A stretch of 64,000 bases of DNA from Octopus vulgaris (GCA_951406725.2 OX597819.1:11036001-11100000); one strand, 5' to 3'; shown: positions 1-13,010, counted from the stretch's first letter. Program-made: numbers and translations. The notes: generated by a model from the sequence alone, not told the origin.

Positions 1-46
1 AGTTATTTCCCTTACAAACCCAAGCAACGCCGGGTGATACTGCTAG
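1..46 (+). mobile_element. 3' end of non-autonomous Helitron (same family as 41882-42278)
   Basis: Reverse complement of 41882-41927; GC hairpin then CTAG|T terminus at 43-47. Confidence 0.75.
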
Positions 47-59
47 TATGTTATATTAT

Positions 60-330
60 GAAGAAGAGGAGATAGAGACCTGTAACATAGACAAATGAGA
101 GTTTTCACAAAAGAACCTGCTGAAAGCCGCAGACAGATCTGTAGCTGGGGTAAGGTTCCAGTTAGAGGAAAGGTAACATGGAAGTGAAGTACAACAGTGG
201 ATAAAGCCATAAAAGCAAAAAGATTGACTTCAGAGGAATGGAAGAAAGATAACAGCAAAAAGCAACATGATGTTGCGAGAAGAGAAGTAATTTTGCACAT
301 GTGTCATAGTTCATCATTGAAAAGATCAGA
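60..330 (-). pseudogene. Degenerate LINE apurinic endonuclease fragment
   Basis: Minus ORF 43..300 reads ICLRLS...KTLICLCYRS, like the IC-x-YRSP stretch of LINE APE domains. Confidence 0.35.
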
Positions 331-494
331 GCGCAGGAGTGGCTGTGTGGTAAGTAGCTTGCTTACGAACCACATGGTTCTGGGTTCAGTCCCACTGCGT
401 GGCACCTTGGGCAAGTGTCTTCTACTATAGCCTCGGGCTGACCAAAGCCTTGTGAGTGGATTTGGTAGACGGAAACTGAAAGAAGCCTATCGTA

Positions 495-540
<46 letters not shown>

Positions 541-767
541 TGTGTATGTGTTTGTGTATCTGTGTTTGTCCCCATAGCATTGCTTGACAACGGATGCTGG
601 TTTGTTTACGTCCCCGTCACTTAGCGGTTCGGCAAAAGAGACCGATAGAATAAGTACTGGGCTTACAAAGAATGAGTCCCGGGATCGAGTTACTCGACTA
701 AAGGCGGTGCTCCAGCATGGCCACAGTCAAATGACTGAAACAAGTAAAAGAGTAAAGAGTAAAGAGT
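331..767 (+). mobile_element. tRNA-derived SINE family A
   Basis: A/B-box head (TGGCTGTGTGG...GGTTCAGTCCC), CORE-like CCTTGGGCAAGT, internal (TA)n/(TG)n, (AAAGAGT)n tail; about 18 copies in window. Confidence 0.9.
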
Positions 768-1030
768 GTGTGGTGTTCTGGATTACAAAATAGAGTCTCG
801 GTGTGAATCAAGATTTTGTTGAGGAAAGGTGAGATCAAAATGGTAACAGTGCACCTACCTTCATTGACGGTGAGAAGAAAGAGACTTAGAAATCATTGAA
901 AGAGGAAAATTTATGGAAGAAAGAGGAACTACCCAAAGCAAATCCAACAGAGGGACTTGTTACTAAGGTAGACTGTCATATGGTTGTATCCAAGATAGAA
1001 CTTGTACCCAAATGTGAGGAGCAGTCTTAA

Positions 1031-1251
1031 CCCTTTCGTTACCATATTTATTTTGAGATGCACTGCGTTTCTTTCAATTACTTTAAATATAACAAAGAAT
1101 TTAGTAAAATAACTTAGTTATCATTAAGCTAGTGTTAGGGACCTAAATTGTGACTAAAGTTTGGTGGAAGATTTTAATTTAGAACTTATGAAAACAAGAC
1201 ATTTGTACTACAGAGCCAGAGCCGGTTTCAGCCGGGTTAGTAACAAAAGGG
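1031..1251. mobile_element. piggyBac-type MITE
   Basis: TTAA at 1027-1030 and 1252-1255; TIRs CCCTTTCGTTAC / GTAACAAAAGGG. Confidence 0.8.
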
Positions 1252-1979
1252 TTAAACATATCTTGGAGAACTCATTCCACCAAGAACCAGCTGTATAGAG
1301 ATCTCCTGCCTATTTCTACCATCATAAGACTAGCAGAGACTAAAGTTTTATTAAAAGAAGACAGTACTCGGCAGCCATCAGGAAAGTTGCCACGTTTAAT
1401 ATGACATTTTCTTCCAGTGAGGGTAATCTGGTTTTACCTAAGAGATCCATAGGATTATGTTATTACATATAGCTACAGCATCACAGGTCTTTATTACATA
1501 TGAATGATATGAATGTGAATACAACATAAGCTATGGTGCACCCAAAACACCTGTCAAGATAAAACTATTACATAACACCTTTCATTTAATTTGTTTATTC
1601 TATACTCTGTAGTTTGTATTTTATGTAAATATACAAATTAAGCCAACTTTATTGTCTATCTGTCATTATAAATACATACAAACACACACAAACACAGGTA
1701 TAAAAGAAGATACAGAAAGCAGTGGTAAGTCAAGTAATGAAAAACAATAATGATAGCCAAAAGTACATGTAGAGTATTCAGCATAAAACACAAGAACAAT
1801 AAAAGGGTTAGAAAGAAAAAAAGGGTGAACAGACATAAAAGCAGTTTTGGCAAATTTTGGGAAACATAGAATCTGTGATTGATACAGTGTCCTGACAGCT
1901 AGCATCCAACGTAGGTAGTGTATTTTATGCTTCAACAATTCATCATCATCATTGTCATCATTTTATATAAACGCGGGCA

Positions 1980-2027
<48 letters not shown>

Positions 2028-2028
<1 letters not shown>

Positions 2029-2284
2029 TTTATTTAAAGCAGCAGAAAATTCAACAAAACCTGTTACTCTGAGTTTCCCATTGCCGTTCATTGGACAGTT
2101 TTTGCTAGAATACTATTCAGCATAAAACACAATTCTAGCAAAAACTGTCCGATGAACGGCAACGGGAAACTCAGAGTAACAGGTTTTGTTGAATTTTCTG
2201 CTGCTTTAAATAAAGCATATTACTCTACCACTGGTATTTGAGTACTCTTTTTTCCACCTTGTTTCACATTTATGTGTTTACTCC

Positions 2285-2286
<2 letters not shown>
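2028..2286 (+). mobile_element. Fold-back hammerhead element family H1 (Penelope pLTR-like) in (TA)n
   Basis: 84-bp inverted arms 2028-2111 / 2132-2215, 20-nt loop, one-sided tail 2216-2286, (TA)n on both sides. Confidence 0.8.
2141..2187 (+). ncRNA. Minimal type-I hammerhead motif (CCGAUGA core)
   Basis: AAAACTGT-CCGATGA-A CG GCAA CG G-GAAA-CTC A GAG-TA-ACAGGTTTT. Confidence 0.65.
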
Positions 2287-2322
<36 letters not shown>

Positions 2323-2626
2323 CAAATGCATACACATACATATATATTTATATATACAGATATATACTAATATACATGTGTATAAACATGCACATATGGA
2401 TATGTGCATATCTCTATGTATATATGTTTTTCTTTCATTTTCATAACAGTATGAAATATTTCTTATCTTGTTCTTCCATCTTAATCTCTTCTTACTGGAA
2501 GTTTTGGGCCTCTTCTGGAAAGGGCAAGACTTCATAACTTCAAGTATTTTGTAGTATTTTATTTTCTTTATCCAAATCATTTAACTAACAATAACAAGAA
2601 ATTTCCCTAGAATTTTAGTGATATAT

Positions 2627-3060
2627 CATCATCATCATCGTTTAACGTCCACTTTCCATGCTGGCATGGGTTGGACAGTTTGACTGAGGACTGGCGAGCC
2701 AGAAGGCTGCACCAGGTTCCAATCTGATCTGGCAAAGTTTCTACAGCTGGATGCCCTTCTTAATGCCAACCACTCCAAGAGTGTAGTGGGTGCTTTTACG
2801 TGCCGCCAGCACAATGGCCAGTCAGGCGGTACTGGCAACGACCACGCTAAAAGGTGTTTTTTTATGTGCCACCTGCACAGGAGCCAGTCTGGTGGCACTC
2901 ACAATGAACACACTTGAATGTTGCTTTCCACGTGCCAGTATGGTGACGCTGGCAACAATCATGTTCGAATGGTGCTTTTTACGTGCCACCGGTACAGTGG
3001 CCAGTCAGCAGCCCTGGCAACAATCACGCTTGGATGGTGCTTTTAACATTCCACTGGCAT
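2627..3060 (-). mobile_element. 3' UTR fragment of RTE LINE (family D)
   Basis: Matches 62400-62754; (CAT)n tail and ~60-bp internal repeats. Confidence 0.85.
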
Positions 3061-3063
3061 GAA

Positions 3064-3770
3064 TCTATTATATAAAATCCATTCTGTCTGTCTGTGCGTG
3101 TGTCTTCTAGGATCTCGGGGCATCCTCCACCCGATTGCACTCAAATTTGATATGTAGATACCGACGGTATCAGGGCATGTATAAGTCTTGAAAACATTAC
3201 AAAAATCGATTCCAGGTGAGAATGTGATCGATAAAGCTGTTCCCTAGGTTGTTGCTTTTCATAAAAAATCGCCCAAGTTGATTTCCTACATGTTTTATCG
3301 GATAAACCTATTATTGTCCCAGGTATGTTCTCACAAATTCATCATGCTTTTCCATCTAGATTTACCTCCAGCTAACCTATTTGCATGCATCGTTTTTGTC
3401 TTGCTTTTCTTCTGTCAACCTGTACATAACTGCACCTTCCATTTTTTGTTATTTTTGTACAGCTTAAAGGCACATTTCTTTCCTGCCAAGCTTACTGTTT
3501 AAATCATGTTTGTGTTCTTCCAGTCAACAGCCTTATCATTACTGGTGCTTTAAACTCTTCAGTTGCATATTTGTGTGAATAAAATCGTTTTTCTTTGGAA
3601 TAGAAAAAAGTCTATCTTTATTTCTTCATTTGCTGGTGTCCCAAATTTAGGTTAAATCGGTGTTTCTCAAAGGGGAGGCTTATGGGACGGTCAGACAAGT
3701 TGTTTTGAGAAAATTTGGTTTAAATGTTTGACAACCTAGCACCGTCCATTGGACGGGGGCGTTTTGCTCG
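3064..3770 (+). mobile_element. Non-autonomous Helitron
   Basis: 5' A|TCTATTATATAAAA; 3' hairpin CCGTCCA-T-TGGACGG (3742-3756) then CTCG|T (CTAG variant). Confidence 0.65.
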
Positions 3771-3876
3771 TATATAAATAAATATATATATATATATATA
3801 TCAGGTCATCCCATAAGTTCTGTTCCGAATTTTGAATAAAGAAAACAAGTGATCAAATGTTATATTTAATTGAAAT

Positions 3877-4604
3877 TTAATCATCAATGTACTTTCCCTG
3901 ATTATCTATGACTTCCTTCCATCTGTTTACAAGCTTTTTAATTCCATCAATGTAAAACTCTTTTGGTTTCAAAGCAAAGAACTCTGAAATATTGGTGTCG
4001 ACCTCCTCCTGGCTTGCGAAAGTTATGTCCCCCAAATGATTCTGTAAGCTACGAAACAGATGGTAGTCTGAAGGAGCAAGGTTGGGAGAATAAGATGGAT
4101 GAGGAATTTTTTCCCAACCAAGCTCTTCGATCTTCTGTGATGTGATCTTTGCAGTGTGAGGTTGCACATTGTCCAGATGAAACATCACTCCTTTTCGATT
4201 CACTAAAGCGGGTCTTTTTTTCTTCACTCCATCAATTCAGACAATTCATGAGGCACCCATTTGTCAAGTTTAGGAACCTTTCCAAGTTGTTGAAGATGAC
4301 GATGAACAGTTGTATGGTTTGAACTAAGCTTTGTTGCCATTTCTTCAACTGATAATGCAGAATTTTCTTCAAGTAATGCCTCAAGGAGCTTATCATCAAA
4401 CTCAACTGGACGTCCTGTTCAATCTTCATCTTCAAGGCTGAAATCTCCACTTCTGAATTTTGCAAGCCATCTTCTGTAAATTCTTTCATTCAAGCATTCT
4501 TCCCCATAAACTGAGTGTATGTTTCAAGTCACTTCGGCTGCAGAGTTTCCTTTTTTGTACTCATAAAGCATTATGTGCCTTAAATGCTCTTTGGATACTT
4601 CCAT
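3877..4604 (-). pseudogene. Mariner transposase, frameshifted and internally deleted
   Basis: ORF 3877..4227 has FHLDN-x-x-PH and HPSYSPNLAPSDYHLFRSL motifs; N-terminal remnants upstream. Confidence 0.88.
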
Positions 4605-4685
4605 GTTAGAAAGGGTTTTAATCAAAGAAATTTTAATTCTATTATTCAGTAAAAAAATATTTAATTAGTTTAAATGTACACAAAT

Positions 4686-5072
4686 ACTCTTTTACTCTTT
4701 TACTCTTTTACTCTTTTACTCTTTTACTTGTTTCAGTCATTTGACTGCGGCCATGCTGGAGCACCGCCATTAATCAAGCAACTCGATCCCGGGACTTATT
4801 CTTTTGTAAGCCCAGTACTTATTCTATCGATCTCTTTTTGCCGAACCGCTAAGTGACGGGGACATAAACACAGCAGCATCGGTTGTCAAGCACACTCATT
4901 TATATATACATATATACGACGGGCCTCTTTCAGTTTCCGTCTACCAAATCCACTCACAGGGCTTTGGTCGGCCCGAGGCTATAGTAGAAGACATTTGCCC
5001 AAGGTGCCACGCAGTGGGACTGAACCCGGAACCATGTGGTTGGTTAGCAAGCTACTTACCACACAGCCACTA
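4686..5072 (-). mobile_element. SINE family A
   Basis: Reverse complement of family A, inside the mariner. Confidence 0.88.
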
Positions 5073-5408
5073 CTTACCACACTCCACAGCCACACAAATG
5101 CATAAAAATAATTTTTTAATTCCACTAGACATTCTAAAATACTATTAAACTTCATTCAATTTTAAAAATGGTAAAATCGGACAGAACTTCTGGGATGAAC
5201 TGATATATAACGGCATTACAGTCTCTGCTTTTACTACAGATCTTTTTAATTCTTGACTTCTTGATATTGAAATATTCCTTTGAATATATTCCACATCAAA
5301 AGCTTATTTTAGTTCAGATACTGAAAGTCCAAGGAGCGACAGATTTCTACAAAATTCTAAGTCTGGTGATACCAGCCTAAAAGTCATTACTTATCCAAAA
5401 ATCATCAG

Positions 5409-5600
5409 CATCATCATCATCATCATCGTTTAACGTCTGTTTTCCACGCTAGCACGGGTTGGACGGTTCGACCGGGGTCTGGGAAGCCAGGGCTGCACTA
5501 GGCTCCAGTCTGATCTGGCAGTGTTTCTACAGCTGGATACCCTTCCTAACGCTAACCACTCCGCGAGTGTAGTGGATGCTTTTTACGTGCCACCTGCACA
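5409..5600 (-). mobile_element. RTE 3' UTR fragment (family D)
   Basis: (CAT)n tail plus family D sequence. Confidence 0.85.
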
Positions 5601-6117
5601 GAAATATATATTGGTACAAACAGTTGTATTAGATAAACCAAATAGATTAATGTCCTCTGTTGATTGGCAAAGTTTTCTTAAAACTTGAAAAATATCCGTC
5701 AGCATAAATATATTTTGCTATTCACTTTCTTGTAATTAACAGCATGGGGCTGTTTATAAGTGAAGATTATCCAATCATTTTATACTTACACTGAGAATGC
5801 TCATTTCTCTCAGGGCACTCTGCAAGTGGTAGGCATTGTTGCACTCAAAAACATTTTTAGTTTTATATTAAGTTTTTGGTTATACTTGATGGTTGTTATG
5901 TAAGAAATGAAATAATATATCAATGTCTATAAATAAATGGTAGCAGACGTTCTGGTGAAATCGGCGTTCTTCGAATTGTATGGATTGGAATATTTGCAAT
6001 TAGGCATATTTATCTATATATTTCACTGTGGATTAACCAAGATTTAATTGAGGGAAAACAAGAAAATTCAAAATAACTTCACCTGCATGAAAATATTTAA
6101 AAAGACGACAAATTGAT

Positions 6118-6532
6118 TCTCTCTCTTACTCTTTACTCTTTTACTTGTTTCAGTCATTTGACTGCGGCCATGCTGGAGCACCGCCTTTAGTCGAGCAAAT
6201 CGACCCTGGGACTTATTCTTTGTAAGCCCAGTACTTATTCTATCAGTCTCTTTTGCCGAACCGCTAAGTGACGGGGGACGTAAACACACCAGCATTGGTT
6301 GTCAAGCAATGCTAGGGGGACAAACACAGACACACAAACACATATACACACATATATATACATATATACGACAGGCTTCTTTCAGTTTCCATCTACCAAA
6401 TCCACTCACAAGGCATTGGTCAGCACGGGGCTATAGCAGAAGACACTTGCCCAAGATGCCACGCAGTGGGACTGAACCCGGAATCATGTGGTTGGTTAGC
6501 AAGCTACTTACCACACAGCCACTCCTGCGCCT
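6118..6532 (-). mobile_element. SINE family A
   Basis: Full-length reverse-complement copy. Confidence 0.9.
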
Positions 6533-7041
6533 ATATTCAAAGGGAAAACAATCCAAGAGGTATTTACTTCCTAAGGAAATATCTGCATTATTTACAGATA
6601 AGTAGTAACATAGGAAAGGAAACATATGCATACATTTATATGATATAAATAGAGAGAGAGAGGGAATGGGGAGAGGCAAAGAAAGGGAACCAGACAGTAT
6701 AACATTCATAACGAGAGAGACAGATTTATGGTCAGACGTAAATTTGGGAAGTAGAATAATTCAAATTGAACAAAAAAAAATACCCTACTAAAGTAAAAGC
6801 TTATTCATTAGAATGTCTCAGTACAATTTTGTCTTCCTCGTACTTACCTTGTGTTTCAAGCTTTTCAGTGGAGCAGCCAATTCGTAAGTTGTTCAGTTTT
6901 ATTACTTTAATTTTTCTTTTGCTTCTATGATTTTTTTCTCTCTCCCTACATAGACACACTCACACACTTATGAATACATGTATGCACATGCACACACACA
7001 CACACACGCATGCATGCACACATATATTCTCTTCTACGAAA

Positions 7042-7271
7042 GGCGGTGAGCTGGCAGAAACGTCAGCATGCCGGGCGAAATGCGTAGCCATATTTCGTCT
7101 GTTGCTACGTTCTGAGTTCAAATTCCGCCGAGGTCGACTTTGCCTTTCATCCTTTCGGGGTCGATAAATTAAGTACCAGTTACGCACTGGGATCGATGTA
7201 ATCGACTTAATCCGTTTGTCTGTCCTTGTTTGTCCCCTCTGTGTTTAGCCCCTTGTGGGTAGTAAAGAAAT
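7042..7271 (+). mobile_element. SINE family C (Nin/Deu-domain type)
   Basis: tRNA-like head with GAGTTCAAATTC B-box; GCCTTTCATCCTTTCGGGGTCGATAAATTAAGTACCAG central domain. Confidence 0.8.
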
Positions 7272-7654
7272 ATATATTCTCTTCTACTTTTAATTATTTG
7301 AAGTTCACATGTTGAACTTGAGAAAAGTCTTGCATATTTTTAGTGTTCTGGTTACAAGGGTTAGCTAGTTGATTTCTTTTCCTGAAAACCCCAGCTTATC
7401 CAGATTGTCACTTAGGCATTTACTCATGAAACCTAGGGCATCAATAATTATTGGCATAAATGTAATTTTATAATCTGGGTATAGAAGCTGGAGGTTTTAA
7501 AGCGGTCATCCATAGTCATCATATTATCTATCTGTGTGTGTATGTATGTATGTATGTATGTATGTATGCATGAATGTATGTACATAGATAGTTGGTTAGA
7601 TAGATTGATAGATATACATAATACAAATATATGTGTGTGTATTATATATATATA

Positions 7655-7781
7655 TTCTTTTATTTGTCTCAGTCAATTGACCGCAGTCATGCTGGAGCAC
7701 TGCCTTTAGTCAAACAAAGTGACCCTCTTTGCAAGCCTAGTACTCATTCTATTGGTCTCTTTTGCCGAACCACTAAGTTAT
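7655..7781 (-). mobile_element. SINE family A 3' fragment
   Basis: Diverged family A tail. Confidence 0.7.
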
Positions 7782-7785
7782 GTTT

Positions 7786-8235
7786 CTAGTTTGCCTTATG
7801 GAATTTCAAGCTGGAAAGATTTTGAGAGTCACTTGTAGGCTGCATGTCTATGGTTTCCTTTGATCTGTACATGGTCAGCTCTACCATGTTGTGGTCCGAG
7901 AGTAGCGTCAGTGTCACTTTCACATTATGGATGAGAGTCATATTATTTAGGAAGCAGAGATCCAGTATGTTACATGCCCTGGTTGGTTGGAATACTATTT
8001 GTTCCATGTACAAAGTGTTGATGAGGTTCAAGAGGGACTTCACCTATCTTTGTTCACATCGTGCCATTCCTGGGAGAGAAAGGCCCTCAGGCAGATTGAT
8101 GTCTCCCGTAAGAAGTACACTTATGTGTTGCTCTAATGTAACTAGAATTCCTTCTATTTTTGTAAAGCAGTCTTCAAACTTGCCTACATGATTTGGAGCA
8201 TTGGGAGGGCGATATGTAGCACATATAACTACATC
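7786..8235 (-). pseudogene. CR1-group LINE endonuclease relic
   Basis: QIVFQPTR-x-x-NILDL...LSDHNMV APE motifs. Confidence 0.75.
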
Positions 8236-8689
8236 GAGTCTTATATGTACAATTAGGTTGAGGGTCTGAGAGAAGGACGGTGCGATGGAGAAAAGTAAAG
8301 TGATAGAGAAAAAGAGGAGTGTCTATACCTTTAGAGAGACAAAATAGTGAGTGAAAGAGAGAAACGAAAAAGTGAGTGTGATGAAGAAAGATGATGTGGT
8401 GTAGTGAAGTAAAGAGACGGAGAGAGGGAGAAAGAGAAGAGGGAGAGAGAATTTCTTTATTCACCATAAGGTTGAGAAAAAGAGGGGACGATACGAGGAC
8501 AGACAAAACAAACATTGGGGTCAGGGTATTGAATGAGACGAAACGTATGAATAAACAATTAAAATATATACAATTAAATGAGAATGAGTGATTTACAAAA
8601 AATGAAGCGGAGGACGCGGTCCACCCCCAAAACCACATACATCCAAATAACACATCACATCCAAAGAGCTGTCCTGTACAGTAGTAAAC

Positions 8690-9790
8690 TAAACCAGCTA
8701 CAGTATCTACTTAAGAATGGTTACTTGGCAGTTGAAAGACTAATGAGATATATAATTCGTCACCCTGATCAACGCCACTTTTTGATCCTTGAATGTAAGT
8801 ATTTGTACTTGTTCTACCACTGAGAACGACGCAATATCCTAATGCGTAATTCCTACTTCAGAACAGTCTTAAGTCATATACTCTTCTCTCATTTCCTTTA
8901 CCAGTCTCGGATTCTGCGTACTAGGTAACCTCTTTCTAAATTTCTCCTTCTAAATAAGCCCTAGATACACACAAAGCAATATCAATGATAGGATTCGAAA
9001 CACTGGCTTTTTGAATGGATCAAGAGAAACTTATCGACTTTGTTACCCAGTGCACGTTTATCTTTTAAGAACACATCAACGAATATGAAATAAGATCAAA
9101 TTTACTGGATGTATCTTTATTCCATCTAAGCATCCAACAATAAGATGTGTGAGGAAAACGACCTAAGATACAGAATCTATTTGTGGCAACTGTTTTCAAA
9201 TAATGAAATTAATAGTCAAAGGTTTACTGAAAACCGGAATATTTGTCATTCGTATTAGTTTCCACTCATCTCTTAATCATCCTCTTCATTAGGATATATA
9301 TATCTCTTATAATGCTATATTTTCTTCTCATTAGTATATATTTTTTCTGCATTCGTATATATTTTCTCATTTGTATATATTTTTCATTTATATATATTTT
9401 TTTGGCGTAATTCACACTTAATTCTTAATTAATTATGGCTTAAACTGCAGGGTTTAATGAAATTATTTACACATCTATGTGTTTTGACATACTAGGAATT
9501 TATTTATACATCTGTTTAGTTTGATATACTTTTAAGTTGGAACATATCATGATAGATAAAGTTATAAATGGGGGATAGGTGGACCTGAAGATTGGGATTG
9601 TATATAAGGGGAGGTTCTGTAAGAGACTGTGTGCCTCTAGAACAGAGTATACAACCTCATGAAACACGTGTAGTCGAAAACTTTGAAAATGAATAGTAAG
9701 TATTAAATATAATATTCTTTGACATCGTTGAATTTGTATTCTAATTTGTTGAATTTTATGGGGATTTCTGTCTCAAATTGATACTTTTGT
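8690..9790 (+). mobile_element. Probable degenerate Penelope-like element 3' part
   Basis: LLKNGY...KYLYL resembles the PLE RT thumb/linker; ends in (TA)n; GAAA-CACGTG-TA at about 9661-9672. Confidence 0.35.
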
Positions 9791-9801
9791 GTATATATAT
9801 A

Positions 9802-9936
9802 TCATCATCGTTTAGCATCCGTTGTCCATGCTAGCATGGGTTGGACGGTTCTACTGGGGTCTGTGAAGCCAGAAGGCTTCATCAGGCCCAGTCAAATCTG
9901 GCAGTGTTTCTACGGCTGGATGCCCTTCCTAACGCC
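9802..9936 (-). mobile_element. RTE 3' UTR fragment (family D)
   Basis: Family D terminal sequence. Confidence 0.8.
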
Positions 9937-10339
9937 ATATATATATACATATGTTCTGCTAGGATGAATTATTATGAAGTTTTTTTTATATATAAGCAAT
10001 CTTCTTGTTTAATGCTTAATTTATTATCTTACCTGGTACTTATATCCCTTCCTAAATTTAAAAATTTTTATTTTTATTATACTAAATATAATAATACATA
10101 GATTTTGCTTTGATTATATCTATTTTTTCCCTCTGTACACCTAATGCCCATCTAGATCGCATTGTAGCATCCAATATTTTCTATTATAGGACCCTTTAAC
10201 TGATAATAATAAAAGACCTTATGTCACCCCCACGCTACTTATTTTTCTGAACATTTACCACTATCTAAATGACTTCCTCTGAGATTGTTTTCTTTTGTTT
10301 GGTGATGAGAATCTATAGTCATAGAGAATTAGGGTTTTG

Positions 10340-10511
10340 GGAATAGTTGATTACATTGACCCCAGTTCTCAACTGGTATTTAATTTATCAACCTTGAAAG
10401 GATGAAAGGTAAAGTCGACCTCAGCGGAATTTGAACTCAGAATGTAGTGATGGACAAAATACCGCTAAGCATTTCATCCAGCATGCTAACAATTCTGCTA
10501 GCTCATCACCT
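10340..10511 (-). mobile_element. SINE family C
   Basis: Diverged reverse complement of 7042-7271. Confidence 0.75.
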
Positions 10512-10559
10512 TTTTAATAATAATAATAATAATTGCTATTATTAAATACTACGGCCTTT

Positions 10560-11147
10560 CTTCTGAGCCTGTCTAGCTATGTAGTGCAAAAAACTTAGTT
10601 TGCACAAGGCCTGTGCTCAATGTCCATTCCCAGCATTTAGCATATATTTAAAATACTTTCCTGAATATTGCTCCATTTCTTTGCTGCTGATCATGAATCA
10701 ACAACTTGCTTGGTATATATGTAAGAATCTTACATATATACCATTCTACCTAAAAAAAATGGATCTTCAACTTCAATATCCCTACACATCTTACATCTAT
10801 TTTCTTTCCTCCACCTCACTCTCTATTTTGTATTCTATATAAACTATTACTTAACCATCCTCTCACACCGTCTCCAATGAAGGGATATGATTAATAAATA
10901 TCCTGGAAACAGCTGTAAGACTTTCTATCTATCAATGCTCTAATATCTACACAGCCTTGGTTTTTTATCTCATTACGCAAAAAATTCCTATATACACATG
11001 CTGACATATGACTAACGTTGAGCCCCTTATTAGCATAATCACTGAACCTGGAACTTAACTATGGTCTGTCTATAGCACTTATTCAGCATTACCTGACACC
11101 TTTGGGTCTCAATGACACCATTACCTCTTATAACCTCAATTACTTGC

Positions 11148-11150
<3 letters not shown>
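10560..11150 (+). mobile_element. Hammerhead element family H2 (Penelope-like 3' end)
   Basis: Homologous to 19786-20326; ends in (TA)n; possible GIY-YIG C-terminal remnant (CAQCPFPAFSI...ESYIYTILP) at 10600-10760. Confidence 0.7.
10870..10921 (+). ncRNA. Hammerhead motif, core decayed (CCAAUGA)
   Basis: GTCT-CCAATGA-A GGGATA..TATCCT G-GAAA-CAGCTG-TA-AGAC. Confidence 0.6.
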
Positions 11151-11187
<37 letters not shown>

Positions 11188-11271
11188 TAATGATATTTAT
11201 TCTCTAATTATATAGTTAATTAAAAAAAACAGAGAAAAAAAGAAAAACAAAAAAACAAATGTGAACAAGGT

Positions 11272-11685
11272 GTAGGAGTGGCTGTGTGGTAAGTAGCTTG
11301 CTAACCAACCACATGGTTCCGGGTTCAGTCCCACTGCGTGGCATCTTGGGCAAGTGTCTTCTGCTATAGCCTCGGGCCGACCAAAGCCTTGTGAGTGGAT
11401 TTGGTAGACGGAAACTGAAAGAAGCCCGTCATATATATGTATATATATATATACGTGGGTGTGTTTGTGTGTCTGTGTTTGTCCCCCTAGCATTGCTTGA
11501 CAACCGAAGCTGGTGTGTTTATGTCCCCGTTACTTAGCGGTTCGGCAAAAGAGACTGATAGAATAAGTACTGGGCTTACAAAAGAATAAGTCCCGGGGTC
11601 GAGTTGCTCGATTAAAAAAGGCAGTGCTCCAGCATGGCCGCAGTCAAATGACTGAAACAAGTAAAAGAGTAAAGAGTAAAGAGTA
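11272..11685 (+). mobile_element. SINE family A
   Basis: Full-length copy. Confidence 0.9.
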
Positions 11686-11894
11686 AGTAAAGTATTAATA
11701 TAATGCTTGGAGAAGGAAAAGAGTAGCTGTTTCGAGCAAAGCTCTTCTTTGCAAACAGGAAAAATAGGAAAGTCCAAAATGATAATAATGAAGGAGGAAA
11801 AAAATCCACATGCAGTTACATTTTTGAATTGACCAGAAGTAAAAGGATAAAGAGAAAGAGCTTTCTGGGACAGGAAATGTGAAGATGGTCAGTA

Positions 11895-11941
11895 TGTGCA
11901 TGTGTATGTGTGTGTATGTGTGGTAGCGTGCATGTGTGTGC

Positions 11942-12004
<63 letters not shown>

Positions 12005-12035
12005 GTGTGTGTGTCTAGTATTAACTGTTTATATA

Positions 12036-12074
<39 letters not shown>

Positions 12075-12090
12075 AATTTGTGTGTGTGTA
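11895..12090. repeat. (TG)n microsatellite tract
   Basis: Direct reading. Confidence 0.95.
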
Positions 12091-12213
12091 TGCTAATGTA
12101 GCTCTGAGAGGTCAGCTGAGAGGTCAGCAGCTATAGTGACAGGTGTGTGAATGGTTAGGTGTGGCAATGTGTGTGAAATAGTGGAGAAAATATTATATTG
12201 CTGTGAGCTTGCA

Positions 12214-12380
12214 CTAGGCAAGAAATTAAAAAATATTTTTGGCAATGACACTCCCCGGACCCTAAGTAAGGCATGTGTAAAATTTGAATGAAATTGGTTG
12301 TGTAGTTCTCAAGTTTTAGGGATTAACACAGACATACAGACAGACAGACACACACACATTCTCAGTTTTATATATATAGA
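12214..12380 (-). mobile_element. Helitron-like fragment
   Basis: Minus-strand 5' A|TCTATATATATAAAA followed by (TG)/(TCTG) runs, as in the other Helitrons here. Confidence 0.45.
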
Positions 12381-12592
12381 TAACCGTGTGGCTTGGAAGC
12401 AAACTTATCACACAGCCACATCTGCGACTATGTTCAATTTTTTTCTCAGTTCATTTGTGTCTCTCCTTAATGCACACAATTACTACCTTTTCAGCAGAGC
12501 ATGCTCTCATCTTTTTTTCTAACATTCACAGATCCTCTGCATTTAAACCTAACCATGCAGCATCATACTTTACATGCACAATAATTGTGTAA

Positions 12593-13010
12593 CTCTTTAC
12601 TCTTTACTCTCTTTTACTTGTTTCAGTCATTTGACTGCGGCCATGCTGGAGCACCGCCTTTAATCGAGCAACTCGACCCTAGAACTTATTCTTTGTAAGC
12701 CCAGTACTTATTCTATCGGTCTCTTTTGCTGAACCGCTAAGTGACGAGGACTTAAACACACCAGCATTGGTTGTGAAGCAATGCTAGGGGGACAAACATA
12801 GACACACAAATATACACGCACACATGTATATATATATACATATATACGACGGGCTTCTTTCAGTTTCCGTCTACCAAATCCACTCACAAGGCATTGGTCG
12901 GCCCGAGGCTATAGTAGAAGACACTTGCCCAAGGTGCCACGCAGTGGGACTGAACCCGGAACCATGTGGTTGGTAAGCAAGCTACTTACCACACAGCCAC
13001 TCCTGCACCT
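12593..13010 (-). mobile_element. SINE family A
   Basis: Full-length reverse-complement copy. Confidence 0.9.

Larger units (their letters stand above)
3801..5203 (-). mobile_element. Mariner DNA transposon with SINE insertion
   Basis: TIRs TCAGGTCATCCCATAAGTTCTGT / ACAGAACTTCTGGGATGAACTGA; TA flanks. Confidence 0.9.

Noticed and set aside
197-793. Recurrent ORFs such as MLGGQTQTH and MFIERKHLK
   Set aside because: Chance frames within SINE consensus sequences
6842-6900. Strong minus-strand donor (AAG|GTAAGTA)
   Set aside because: No matching acceptor or coding signal found; could be a non-coding exon but I cannot support it
9625-9675. Possible hammerhead (GAAA-CACGTG-TA)
   Set aside because: No convincing 5' core strand or stem I; kept only as weak support for a PLE relic
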